From Spirochaetia bacterium (GTDB lineage: Bacteria > Spirochaetota > Spirochaetia > SZUA-6 > Bin103), in assembly GCA_965203905.1 (NCBI GenBank), contig CBDBDQ010000005.1, forward strand, positions 1,536,001 through 1,600,000: a stretch of DNA of 64,000 nucleotides. Direction: 5' to 3'. The position numbers and the translations under genes are program-made. Below the pieces are notes generated by a model that had not been told where the DNA came from, searched no databases, and worked only from the letters and a program-made list of their open reading frames with translations. Every line of letters begins with the position of its first letter. The stretch's first letter is position 1. Below are positions 54,458 through 64,000 of this stretch, in pieces.

Positions 54458-55766
54458 TCTCGCGGACGTACTCGTAGCCCAGGTCGGAGGCCAGGACGCG
54501 CACCGTCTGCTGCTCCTGCGCCGGATACGCGGCGCCGCCGATCTCGATCCCGATCCGTACCACCCGGTCGTGAGGTGGGAACCCGCCGCCGGAGTCGCAG
54601 CGGCACTCCTGCAGGTAGGCGCTCAGGTCGCGTTCCAGGGCCGGATCGATGGTGAAGACGCCGTCGGCGAACACCCGCCGCTGCCCCAGGGTGATGGCGA
54701 GGTTGCGGGCGCCGATGTGGCGCAGGTCGTGACGGCTGCCGAGGTAGTCGCCGGTGGCACTGGCGATGCGGCCCACGTTGGGGTCATTGCCGTATACCGC
54801 GGTCTTCACCAGTGGCGAATTGGCCACCGCCTTGGCCACCGCCACCGCATCCTGCTCCTGCAGGCGCGAGGTCACGGCTACCTCGATCACGTGGCGGGTA
54901 CCCTCGCCGTTGCGGACGATGTCGCCTGCCAGCTCGGAGCAGACCTGCTGCAGGGCAGCGCGCAACCCGGACGCGGCGGCGCTGCCGGGGGCCCGCTCGC
55001 GGGAACTGAGCAGCACCACCATGTCGCTGGTGCTCTGGTCGCCGTCCACGGAAATGCGGTTGAAGGAGCGGTGTGCCGCGCGCCGGAGTTCGCGCTGCAA
55101 CTCCGCGGCGCTGGCCGGAGCATCGGTGACGATGAACGCCAGCATGGTGGCGAGGTTGGGCTCGATCATCCCCGCTCCCTTGGCGATCCCGAGCACGCGG
55201 TGGCCGGACCGGGTCTGTGCGCTGCGCAGCTTGGGGTAGGCGTCGGTGGTCATGATCGCGCGCGCCACCGCCAGCGGGGTCGCCGAGTCGAGGCTGGAGG
55301 CCAGGTCGGTGGCGGCGGCTCCCAGCGCGGCAACCGGAAGCTGCCAGCCGATCACGCCGGTAGAGGCGGGCAGCAGTTCCCCCGGCGGCACCCCGAGGGC
55401 GGCTCCTGCCTGGTCCAGCAAGGCGCGCGCGGCGGCCACGCCGTCGGGAGCGCACACGTTGGCCACCTTGTTGTTGATCAGGATGCCGCGTACCGGCCGC
55501 CCGCGATGGCTGCGCACGATCTCCACCGGTGCGCCGGTGACGCGATTGCGGGTCAGCACCGCGGCCCAGGCACGGCTCGCGGCCGGGGCCAGGATCGCCG
55601 CCAGATTGATCGGCAGCGCACTGCCGGCGGTGCCCAGCTCGACGGGGGTGAAGTGGGTGGCGGCAACCGCAAAGCGGAATCCCCGTGGGACCAGGGCACG
55701 CTCCTCAAGGGCCTGGTGATAACCGTCCGCCGTACTGTAGATCTCCCGCGTATCTGCCACCGTCAC
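54438..55766 (-). CDS. argJ: Bifunctional ornithine acetyltransferase ArgJ
   Basis: STGVIGW, IMTTD, AKGAGMIEPNLATML, DGDQSTSD, SPLVKTA, YVRENADYRS. Confidence 0.93.
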
Positions 55767-55949
55767 CTTATAGTACGGCGCGGCGTGGAAACACAACTCT
55801 ACGCAACGCTATTTGCTTCGTACCAATGGCGCCGTGTCGGTCACGGCACTTCCCATCGCGCAGGGGCCCGGACTCCCCAGCGCCCCGCTTGACGCGTCAT
55901 ACAGACGCGGAGACACTACCACGGTACCTGCAAGACGGGACAACTCGTT

Positions 55950-57059
55950 ATGCTCAAGAGATTCTACGCCGACAATTTTCGCTGTCTCATCAATTTCGAA
56001 CTCAAGCTCGACGCAGCGAACGTGTTCCTCGGCGTCAACGGCACCGGCAAGACGTCAGTGCTGACAGTGCTGCGGAAGCTCCAACATCTGATTGTGCGCG
56101 GTGGTAGAAGCGACGACGTGTTTCCGACACGCGATCTGACATTGGGCCAGAGTCGTAAAGAACAACGTTTCGAACTCGAAACCAGTGTCGACGAGCACAC
56201 GTTTGCTTACGGTTTAACCGTCGACCAAGATCCGGCCACAAAGCGAATGCGCATCATTGAAGAGACCCTTGAGCACGACGGTCGACCGATCTTCGAATTC
56301 CAAAACGGCTCAGCACAATTCTATGATGACGCCTATGAAAAGGGTCCCAAGTATCCGTCCGATTGGAATCTGTCTGGAGTTGGTGCGTTGAACGAGCGGC
56401 CAGACAACAAGAAACTCACCAAGTTTAAGAACGACATTGGAAACTATATCATCGTCGGCATTTGCCCTCCGCTGATCAGAGCAGAAACGAGAGAAGAGGA
56501 TGAATTTCTGGATCCATTAATGGAGAATTTTGTTGGTTGGTATCGTCATTATTCTCAGGAAAACATGGGTTCAGTCGGAAGACTGTTCGACTCACTCCGC
56601 GTGTCTCTTCCGAACTTCGATTCAATACGGCTCAGGGAATCGGGAGAGAACTCACGCGCTCTCAAAGCCGTGTTTCGCAGTACATCCAAGAACCCGGTCG
56701 AGTACGGACTACATCAGCTCTCAGACGGTCAGCGCGCGTTGATCGCCCTGTACAGTCTGATCGTGCTTACCGACGACCGCCGCGTGTCGCTGTTCATCGA
56801 CGAACCTGACAACTATGTCGCTTTGCGGGAAATACAACCGTGGCTCTCGCGGGCCATTGAGGGAGAGGATTCCGACACCCGATTGGAACAGATCGTAGTC
56901 GTATCCCATCATCCAATTACTTTAGACTATATGGCAGGCGCTCACGGACGGTGGTTCTTTCGTGATGGCGACGGGCCAGTGCGCGTAACTGAAGAAGCCA
57001 AGGTTGCCAGCGGCGGACTGAAGGTTTCCGATATCTTGGCTCGCGGTTGGGAGCAGTGA
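55950..57059 (+). CDS. ABC-like ATPase (AAA_21 type)
   Basis: NFRCL, GVNGTGKT, LSDGQR, IDEPDN, VSHHP; low GC. Confidence 0.88.
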   Translation: MLKRFYADNFRCLINFELKLDAANVFLGVNGTGKTSVLTVLRKLQHLIVRGGRSDDVFPTRDLTLGQSRKEQRFELETSVDEHTFAYGLTVDQDPATKRMRIIEETLEHDGRPIFEFQNGSAQFYDDAYEKGPKYPSDWNLSGVGALNERPDNKKLTKFKNDIGNYIIVGICPPLIRAETREEDEFLDPLMENFVGWYRHYSQENMGSVGRLFDSLRVSLPNFDSIRLRESGENSRALKAVFRSTSKNPVEYGLHQLSDGQRALIALYSLIVLTDDRRVSLFIDEPDNYVALREIQPWLSRAIEGEDSDTRLEQIVVVSHHPITLDYMAGAHGRWFFRDGDGPVRVTEEAKVASGGLKVSDILARGWEQ

Positions 57060-57607
57060 GCGCCCGCGTCGTACTGCTCTGCGAGGACGCGCGAACCAGC
57101 ACTTTCGTAAGAAGGTTTCTGTGGCACCGGAACCTTCGAGGCCGGGATATTCTCACACTTCCACTTCCTTCCGACAGGGGATCTGGTGAACAGTGGGTTC
57201 GAGAGCAGTTTCCTGTCCAGTTGCAGGCTATTCGTAACAGACGGCGTGCAGTTCTCGTCGTAGTCACGGATGCGGATATGAATAGAACAGCCGGACGACG
57301 AACACAGTTGGACCGGCAGTGTGTCCACGCCAGCGTCACGCGTAGACGACCGAACGACCCGGTAGCCGTCGTGGTCCCACGGCGGAATATCGAAACCTGG
57401 TTTCACTTTCTGGAAACTGCCGAAGCTGTAGACGAGACTCATGACTACAAACCCGGGGCTCGCCGGCTAAGAACCCCTGATATTCGTCGACTTGCAGACA
57501 AATTATACGGCATGTGTCACGACGCACAACGACTGATCGGCACCGCGCCACCGTCGCTTACAGAATCGTGTAGCGAGTACCCTACAATCACTCAATTCAT
57601 TCGTTGA
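57056..57607 (+). CDS. TOPRIM-like partner protein (DUF4276/RloB-like)
   Basis: VVLLCED, VVVTDAD, RNIETWF; GTGA overlap with ATPase stop. Confidence 0.65.
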   Translation: MSARVVLLCEDARTSTFVRRFLWHRNLRGRDILTLPLPSDRGSGEQWVREQFPVQLQAIRNRRRAVLVVVTDADMNRTAGRRTQLDRQCVHASVTRRRPNDPVAVVVPRRNIETWFHFLETAEAVDETHDYKPGARRLRTPDIRRLADKLYGMCHDAQRLIGTAPPSLTESCSEYPTITQFIR

Positions 57608-57679
57608 GTTGAGTGCCGCGTTCAGCGTGCTCGTTACTACAGGAATCTGCCGCGGCGCCGACCCTAATAGCAGACAGCG

Positions 57680-58507
57680 ATGATGAGCCCGGAATTCGCC
57701 GCCGCCGTGGCTGCGACGGCCGGCGTGCTGGTGACGCTGATCGTCATGGTGGCGGTGCGCGGCCGCGGCGGCGGCGCCACGTTGCGCCGGCGCGTGGAGC
57801 AGCTCGACGAGCTGTCTCGGCGTCTGATGCGTTTCGAGCAGGCGCTCACCGTCCCGCGCCAGCGCGGCACGTACGGCGAGCGGTTGCTGGAGGAACTGCT
57901 GGGAACCTGGCTTCCCCGATCCAGCTATGCCACCCAGGTCACCCTGCCGGACGGCGCGCGGGTCGACGCCATGGTCAGGCTCGGCCAGCGGTCGGTAGCG
58001 ATCGACGCCAAGTTCCCGTTCGAGACGATAGAGAAACTGGACCCCGAGGAGCCGCTGACGAAAGCCGCCGAACGCGCCATCGCCCGCCACGTGGCGGCGG
58101 TGGGAGACAAGTACGTGGTACCGGACGCCGGCACCTACAACTTCGCGCTGTTGTACGTGCCCAGCGATGCCCTCTATCTGCGCTGCTTTGCCGGCTCCTC
58201 GGACCTGCTGGGGAAAGCTCTGCAGCGGCGCGTCGTGCCGGTCGGCCCCTCCGGGCTGTACCTGTACCTGCACACCGTCGGCCACGCGCTGCGCGGGGTG
58301 CGCCTGGCCGCGGCCGGCCTGGAGCTGGCCGACACGCTGCAGCGGGCGCGCGACGAGGTCGCCGCATTGCTGGAGGCGACCCAGCGCTCGGAGAGCCAGC
58401 TACTGCAGCTCGGCCGCGGCCACGCTGCCCTCCGTACCGGGCTGCGCAGCCTCGACGCCGCCCTGGAACGGCTCGCCGGCGGCACCGGCGGCGAGGACCA
58501 CTACTAA
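57680..58507 (+). CDS. rmuC: DNA recombination protein RmuC
   Basis: N-terminal TM, RGTYGE..LEELL, IDAKFP, KY...T.NFALLYVPS. Confidence 0.85.
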   Translation: MMSPEFAAAVAATAGVLVTLIVMVAVRGRGGGATLRRRVEQLDELSRRLMRFEQALTVPRQRGTYGERLLEELLGTWLPRSSYATQVTLPDGARVDAMVRLGQRSVAIDAKFPFETIEKLDPEEPLTKAAERAIARHVAAVGDKYVVPDAGTYNFALLYVPSDALYLRCFAGSSDLLGKALQRRVVPVGPSGLYLYLHTVGHALRGVRLAAAGLELADTLQRARDEVAALLEATQRSESQLLQLGRGHAALRTGLRSLDAALERLAGGTGGEDHY

Positions 58508-58544
58508 AGGCGAAGGAGCGGTATCGGGGCACTGGCGCTGCGGA

Positions 58545-58584
58545 GGATGGAGATCCAGCTCCAGGCGCAGCGGCCGATGATCCG
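58545..58584 (-). repeat. Third, short remnant of the EEP 3' end
   Basis: 35/40 nt identical to 39501-39540 (DHRPLRLELDLHP vs DHLPLRLDLELHP). Confidence 0.65.
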
Positions 58585-58809
58585 CATGCTCATCCGCATG
58601 TGGAAGAGTGGCTGCGGCGGCAGGCACGTGCGCAGCGGCCAGTGCATGAGGCTGGGACGTAGCGAAGCGACCGGAGACGCGGCCGGCTCTATCGGCAGAG
58701 GAGGCGGCCGCGAACCGGAGACGACTGACCGGGAACTGACTGCCGCCCTGCGGCAACCGTCGCCGCCGACGTGGCGGAGGACTGGAACCGCTGCCCAGGA
58801 TGGAGGCCG

Positions 58810-59937
58810 TTACTCCCGGGCTGGCGGCCGCCCGGACTTGTTGGGCAGAACCGCGCGTACGGCCTTGAGGTAGGGACGGCTCACCGGGACCTCGCGATCG
58901 CCGGTAAGGTGCAGTCGGACCCGTCCCTCACGCCGCACCAGGCGGTTCATGTGGGTGTACGAAGCCCAGTAGGAGCGGTGAATCTGCATCCCCAGACCAC
59001 CGAGCGCATCGACCGCGTCCGCGAGGCGCATGAGAATCACGTCGGAACCGTCGCTGGTGATCACGTCCAAATAGTGGCCGGAGACCTTGAGATATACGAT
59101 GTCCCGGCCTACCTCCGCGGACAGGCGCTTGAAGAACTGCGAGTGCTGATGGGAGACGGCCTGGCGCCTGGTATCCGGCGCCGCGGTGCCGGTGCCTTTC
59201 GCATGGCGCGCGGTGGCTGGCGGCTCCGTGGGAACTGGCGCCGGATTCTCCGCTGCGGCAGGATCTGGCGCGCGGTCTGACGGGTGGCTGGCCGGGTCGG
59301 GTTGGGCGCCTCCCTGTTCCGCGATCTCGTTCGCGGCAGTGGATGACTGAAGAGAGCGCGCGCCGGTAGTGGCACCGGCGACCTGATCGGGAGCAACATC
59401 GGCGGCAGCATGGCCGGCAGTGGCCGCCATGGCGCCGTCTTCCATAGTCCGTGGCAGCATCCGTCTGAGGCGCAGGCACAGCACGTAGTAACCGAGAGCC
59501 GTTGCAATCCACAAGTCCAGAGCGCACACGAGGTATATCGATGGCAAACTCTCGTCAGGGGGCCGGCCCGCGTGGAACAGCCCGTACACGGTGTAAGCGA
59601 TAGCTGCGCAGGGAGCGGCCACAACCAGCGATGTGGCGCTGAGTGCCAGCGCAATCTGCCGTGGCCGGAGGTTGCGGGCGACGTAGAGGGTCAACACCGC
59701 GGCGGCATAGCAGATGGGTATCTGCACGGCGCCACACAAGCCGAAGTAGCCCAGGCGTTGGATCGGGGTGAGCGAGTCTCTGGTGGCAAGCGGTCCGTGC
59801 AACGTGAACAACACAGAGAGGACGGCGAAGATCGCGATCACCAGCCGGACCATGGCCGGCGCGACCGACTCTCGATACGCGAGTTGCATATCGAGTTCGT
59901 TTACGATCGTCGATTCGTTTCGAGGGAGATAGGCCAT
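58810..59937 (-). CDS. Membrane-anchored LytTR-domain regulator
   Basis: About four N-terminal TMs, long linker, YLKVSGHYL...IHRSYW...VPVSRPY. Confidence 0.85.
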   Translation of the reverse strand: MAYLPRNESTIVNELDMQLAYRESVAPAMVRLVIAIFAVLSVLFTLHGPLATRDSLTPIQRLGYFGLCGAVQIPICYAAAVLTLYVARNLRPRQIALALSATSLVVAAPCAAIAYTVYGLFHAGRPPDESLPSIYLVCALDLWIATALGYYVLCLRLRRMLPRTMEDGAMAATAGHAAADVAPDQVAGATTGARSLQSSTAANEIAEQGGAQPDPASHPSDRAPDPAAAENPAPVPTEPPATARHAKGTGTAAPDTRRQAVSHQHSQFFKRLSAEVGRDIVYLKVSGHYLDVITSDGSDVILMRLADAVDALGGLGMQIHRSYWASYTHMNRLVRREGRVRLHLTGDREVPVSRPYLKAVRAVLPNKSGRPPARE

Positions 59938-60249
59938 TCGGGAAGCTGCCAATTCAGGATCCGAGTTACCCGGGAAACTGATACGTCGTCCAGGAAGAAC
60001 GATGCAATCCGCGCACAATCTGGGTCATTCGTGCCCTCCTTCGTTCGTAACAGCTACAGTTTTTATTGTACTTTGGAACAGAGAGTCAAGTGCTTCATGA
60101 AGGCCGCGAGACGGTGATTCTCCCTTGCTTCGTGACACCCGTAAACATGAGTGATATTGAAGGGCCACGCATGCCCTTGTGGCCGATCGCGAGGATACCG
60201 CCTACGCTACCCATGAGCGCAGTACAACGCCGGTGCGCTGATTCCCACG

Positions 60250-60894
60250 CTACGCGCGTCGGCGGGCGGTGGCGTAGTGGATGCTCTTGCCGAGGGCGGT
60301 GAGGCGGGGGCCGTAGCGTGACAGCTCGGCGTCGGCGTAGGCCGGGACCCGCTGCGGGTCGCGATCCAGCTCCAGGTCCGGCTGCAACAACAGCAGGACG
60401 ACGACCTGCAGGTAATAGTCGAAGAAATCGGTCGCCAGATAGAGACTGCCACCCGGCCGCAGCAGGCGCACCAGGTCCTCTATCACCCCCTTGCGCAGCA
60501 GCCTGCGCCGCCGGTGGCGCCGCTTCGGCCACGGGTCCGGAAAGTAGACGTGCACGGCGCTCAGCGAGGACGGGGCCAGCCGCGCCAGCACTGCCTCGGC
60601 CCGGGCGCGCATGATGACCCCGTTGCCGGTCCCCGCTCGGCCCAGCTTGCGGGCCGCCTTGCGACAGCGCTCAAGCTTGATCTCGGTACCGATCACCAGG
60701 GTGTCGCGGTGCGCTGCGCAGTAGGCGGCCAGGAAGGTGCCGCTGCCGCTGCCGATCTCCAACTCCACCCGCGGCGCCCGCGCCGCCAGCGGCAGCAGGC
60801 GCGGCAGATCGGCTTCCGACCACACCTCAGCGGCGACGGGGCCAGGCGACCATTCCGCCCCCGGGCGGCCACCGGCGCAGTCCGGGCAGGTCAT
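60250..60894 (-). CDS. trmB: tRNA (guanine-N7)-methyltransferase
   Basis: [28 protein letters not shown]. Confidence 0.92.
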   Translation of the reverse strand: MTCPDCAGGRPGAEWSPGPVAAEVWSEADLPRLLPLAARAPRVELEIGSGSGTFLAAYCAAHRDTLVIGTEIKLERCRKAARKLGRAGTGNGVIMRARAEAVLARLAPSSLSAVHVYFPDPWPKRRHRRRRLLRKGVIEDLVRLLRPGGSLYLATDFFDYYLQVVVLLLLQPDLELDRDPQRVPAYADAELSRYGPRLTALGKSIHYATARRRA

Positions 60895-60951
60895 GCTAAG
60901 GACGTCCGGCGGCCCGTGCGCGGCGCCGGACCGCCCGCCGCAGATCGCGGC

Positions 60952-61563
60952 TCAGCTCTTGCTGCGGGCGAAGTCCACCGTGATTCGGCGGCCCTTGAAG
61001 CTGGTGCCGGAGAGTGCGGCGATCGTCTCCTCCGCCACGCCTTCCGGCACCTCGATGAACGAGTAGCTGTCGAGTATCCGGATGGCGCCGAACTCTGATC
61101 GCTCGACCGGCACCGAGGCGCTGATCAGGGAGGTGAGATCCTCGGGCCGCACCCGGCGGTTGCGCCCCACGCTCACGAACAGGCGGCGCAGTCCATTGGC
61201 GGCGGGTGCGGGCTCAGCTTCGCGGCGCCGGCGCCGCGGTGCCTCGGCGCGCCGCTCTTGAGGGCGCGGCCCGGGAGTGGGCGGCGCAGCGGTGCGCGGC
61301 GCAGGGGTGCGTGGCACAGAGGTGCGCGGCGCAGAGGTGCGCGGCGCAGGAGCGCGCGCCGCCGGGGAGGTGCTCTCACGTGCGACGAGGGCCTTGATCA
61401 TGTACGCCACCAGGTAGCCGCGCAAGTTGAATGGGACGTGTTTCTTGAACAGTGCGCGGTAGACCTTCAGTTCGTCGGGGTCCTCATCCTCGCGAACCGC
61501 GTGCACCATGCGCTCCAGGGCGGAGCCGATATCCTCGGACGGAATTTCAGTGACTTTCAACAT
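60952..61563 (-). CDS. Stand-alone DbpA RNA-binding-domain protein
   Basis: FKKHVPFNLRGYL N-domain; LFVSVGRNRRV...IRILDSYSFIEV...FKGRRITVDFAR. Confidence 0.8.
   Translation of the reverse strand: MLKVTEIPSEDIGSALERMVHAVREDEDPDELKVYRALFKKHVPFNLRGYLVAYMIKALVARESTSPAARAPAPRTSAPRTSVPRTPAPRTAAPPTPGPRPQERRAEAPRRRRREAEPAPAANGLRRLFVSVGRNRRVRPEDLTSLISASVPVERSEFGAIRILDSYSFIEVPEGVAEETIAALSGTSFKGRRITVDFARSKS
61291..61350. repeat. 15-bp tandem repeat x4 in coding linker
   Basis: GGTGCG(C/T)GGC(G/A)CAG(G/A) units encoding (P/S)(A/V)PRT. Confidence 0.85.
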
Positions 61564-61635
61564 GCGTTCCGGCCCCGAGTATAGCACGCTGCGGGCGTTC
61601 CCGGTATGCTCTGCGTTCGACAGAGGGGAGGCAGC

Positions 61636-62652
61636 ATGAAAGTCTACTACGAAGATGACATAGAGCGCCAGTGGATCGCAGACAAGAAGGTGGCGGTGAT
61701 CGGCTACGGCAGCCAGGGGTTCGCGCATGCGAACAATCTGCGTGACTCGGGCGTGGAGGTCGCCGTTGGGCTGCGTCCGGACAGCGCCAGTGCCGCCAAG
61801 GTACGGGAGACCGGGATCCCGGTGCTGGAGACCGCCGCTGCGGCGGCCTGGGCCGACGCCATCATGGTGCTGGTGCCCGATCATCTCCAGGCGGAGATCT
61901 ACGAGCGCGATCTCAGGCCGGGACTGGCGGCCGGCAACAACCTGATGTTCGCCCACGGCTTCAACATCCACTTCGGATTGATCGAGCCGGATCCGGAGGT
62001 CGACGTGACCATGGTCGCTCCCAAGGGCCCCGGCCACACCGTGCGCCGCCAGTACGAACTGGGATATGGCGTGCCGTGCCTGGTGGCGGTGGCCAACGAC
62101 GCCTCCGGAAACGGCAAGAACCTCGCTCTCGCCTACGCCGCCGCCATCGGCGGGGCGCGCGCCGGCGTGATCGAGACCAACTTCCGCGAGGAGACCGAGA
62201 CCGACCTGTTCGGCGAGCAGTCGGTGCTGTGCGGCGGCCTGACCCACCTGATGCAGGCAGGGTACGAAACCCTCGTGGAGGCCGGCTACGCGCCGGAGAT
62301 GGCCTACTTCGAGACCATCCACGAGGTGAAGCTGATCGTCGACCTGATTTACGAGGGCGGCATGTCGCTGATGCGCTACTCCGTGTCCGACACCGCCGAG
62401 TTCGGCGACTACGTGTCCGGTGCGCGGCTCATCGACGACCGCATCAAGGCGGAGATGAAGAAGATCCTGGCGGAAGTCCAGGATGGCAGCTTCGCGCGCC
62501 GCTGGATGGAGGAAAACCGCGCCGGCCGCGAGGGGTTCCTCAAGATGCGGTCGCAGCACGCCGGCCACCAGCTCGAGGAGATCGGCGCCGAGCTGCGCGC
62601 CATGATGCCGTGGATCGCCAAGGAGCGTCTGGTCGACAAGTCCAGGAACTGA
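61636..62652 (+). CDS. ilvC: Ketol-acid reductoisomerase
   Basis: [40 protein letters not shown]. Confidence 0.96.
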   Translation: MKVYYEDDIERQWIADKKVAVIGYGSQGFAHANNLRDSGVEVAVGLRPDSASAAKVRETGIPVLETAAAAAWADAIMVLVPDHLQAEIYERDLRPGLAAGNNLMFAHGFNIHFGLIEPDPEVDVTMVAPKGPGHTVRRQYELGYGVPCLVAVANDASGNGKNLALAYAAAIGGARAGVIETNFREETETDLFGEQSVLCGGLTHLMQAGYETLVEAGYAPEMAYFETIHEVKLIVDLIYEGGMSLMRYSVSDTAEFGDYVSGARLIDDRIKAEMKKILAEVQDGSFARRWMEENRAGREGFLKMRSQHAGHQLEEIGAELRAMMPWIAKERLVDKSRN

Positions 62653-62703
62653 GCGCATTGGGGGAGCAACGCCCGGCGCTGTTCAGCGCCGCCCGCCGCG
62701 CCT

Positions 62704-63819
62704 TCAGAAGCGATAGACGCGCGGTACGCGGGCGGCAACCCGGCTGGTAATCTCGTACGGAATCGTGGTCGCCGCGGCGGCCAGTTCGGCGGCGTCGGGG
62801 CCGGCGCGATCGGGTCCGAACAGCACCGCCCGGTCGTAGCGGGCGACCTCGGGACGTGGTCCCAGGTCCACCAGGCACTGGTCCATGCAGATCCGCCCCA
62901 CTACCGGGTAGCGGCGGCCGCGAATCAGCACCTCGGCGCGTCCCGAGAGGATCCGCGGATAGCCGTCCGCGTAGCCCACCGGCAGGGTGGCGATCAGCGT
63001 GGCGGCGGAAGTGCGGTAGGTCAGTCCGTAGGACAGGCCGGTACCGGCGGGGACTCGCTTCAGGAATACCACGCGGGTGGCCAGTTCCATCACCGGCCGC
63101 ACCGGGACGGTACGCCGCTGGTGCTCGCCGGGGTAGTAGCCATAGGCGATGATACCGGGTCGTACCAGGTCCAGGTGCGCCGCGGGCAGACCGACGACCG
63201 CCCCCGAATTGGCGGCATGACGTACCAGTCGCTGGTGGTCCGGGATCGCCGCGACGGCCCGGTTGAAGGCCGCAAGTTGAGTGCGGGTGAATTCCTGGTC
63301 CGCCTGGTCGGCGAGTGCAAAGTGGGTGCACACCCCGGTCAGCCGCAGCGCCGGGTGCCGGCGCAACTCCTGCGCCAGCTCCGCCGCGGCGTCCGGCGTA
63401 CAGCCGATGCGCCCCATGCCGGTGTCGAGTTTCAGGTGTACCGCCACGGTGCGTCCGGCGCCGGCCGCGGCGCGTGCCAGATCGCGGCCCAGGGCGGCAT
63501 CCGCGCACAGGGCCGTGAGGCGCGCACGGACGATCTCGGCCGCTTCCTCCGGCAGCGGCAGGCTGAACAGCAGGATCGGTGCGCTTATGCCCGCGTCGCG
63601 CAACTCCACCCCCTCCGCCACGGTGGCCACGCCGAAGGCGCTCACGCCGGCCTGCAGCGCCGCCCGCGCCACGGGCACCGCACCGTGGCCGTAGGCCGCC
63701 GCCTTGACCGCGAGACAGATACGCACCCGGCGCCCGTCCTCCGCGGTCAGGGAGCGCCGCACGGCGTGCAGGTTGGCGCGCAGCTGGCCCAGGTCGATGG
63801 TGGCGCGGGTCGCCCGCAT
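62704..63819 (-). CDS. alr: Alanine racemase
   Basis: AVKAAAYGHG, HLKLDTGMGRIG, HAANS, VRPGI, GYADG, GRICMDQ, TIPYE. Confidence 0.95.
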   Translation of the reverse strand: MRATRATIDLGQLRANLHAVRRSLTAEDGRRVRICLAVKAAAYGHGAVPVARAALQAGVSAFGVATVAEGVELRDAGISAPILLFSLPLPEEAAEIVRARLTALCADAALGRDLARAAAGAGRTVAVHLKLDTGMGRIGCTPDAAAELAQELRRHPALRLTGVCTHFALADQADQEFTRTQLAAFNRAVAAIPDHQRLVRHAANSGAVVGLPAAHLDLVRPGIIAYGYYPGEHQRRTVPVRPVMELATRVVFLKRVPAGTGLSYGLTYRTSAATLIATLPVGYADGYPRILSGRAEVLIRGRRYPVVGRICMDQCLVDLGPRPEVARYDRAVLFGPDRAGPDAAELAAAATTIPYEITSRVAARVPRVYRF

Positions 63820-64000
63820 GGCGCCTCCTACCCGGCTCGGCGAGGGCTCGCGGCCCTGCGTCCGGGCGGCGCCGCGGCCAGCAACGCCGCGGGAAGTTGC
63901 GGCAACTCCGTGAGCACCAGCTCGGGCTGCAGCCCGGCGCAGGCGGGGTCATCGCGGCGCAGGCGCAGCGAGCGCGCGTCGCCGGCGAACAGGGCGCCAC

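Noticed and set aside
63828-64000. 3' end of a minus-strand gene upstream of alr
   Set aside because: Too short at the window edge to assign frame or product

Overview
High-GC bacterial chromosome segment, most consistent with a spirochaete (archaeal-type pheS/pheT, class I lysyl-tRNA synthetase, stand-alone DbpA-RBD protein). Housekeeping blocks (pheST, nadE, tRNA-Arg, rlpA, lysS-rpiA-mnmA, Rrf2-cysHDN-cobA/hemD, era, apbE-clpP-purC, dksA, infA, moxR/Bat operon, argJ, rmuC, trmB, ilvC, alr) alternate with lower-GC accessory patches. Main points of interest: (1) a cysteate synthase + alpha-oxoamine synthase pair (capA/capB-like sulfonolipid module) near a sulfite-generating cys operon; (2) a 2.2-kb large-serine-recombinase element with inverted ends, one end lying inside the recombinase 3' end; (3) a hypervariable EEP-dksA locus built from duplicated gene 3' ends, two apparently identical Na/Pi-cotransporter genes and a 310-bp inverted repeat flanking 13 kb; (4) a defence/TA hotspot between pheT and nadE plus an ABC-ATPase+TOPRIM pair; (5) a tRNA whose 3' end is 1 nt from the nadE start codon. 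All calls are from motif recognition and manual alignment; no searches were run.
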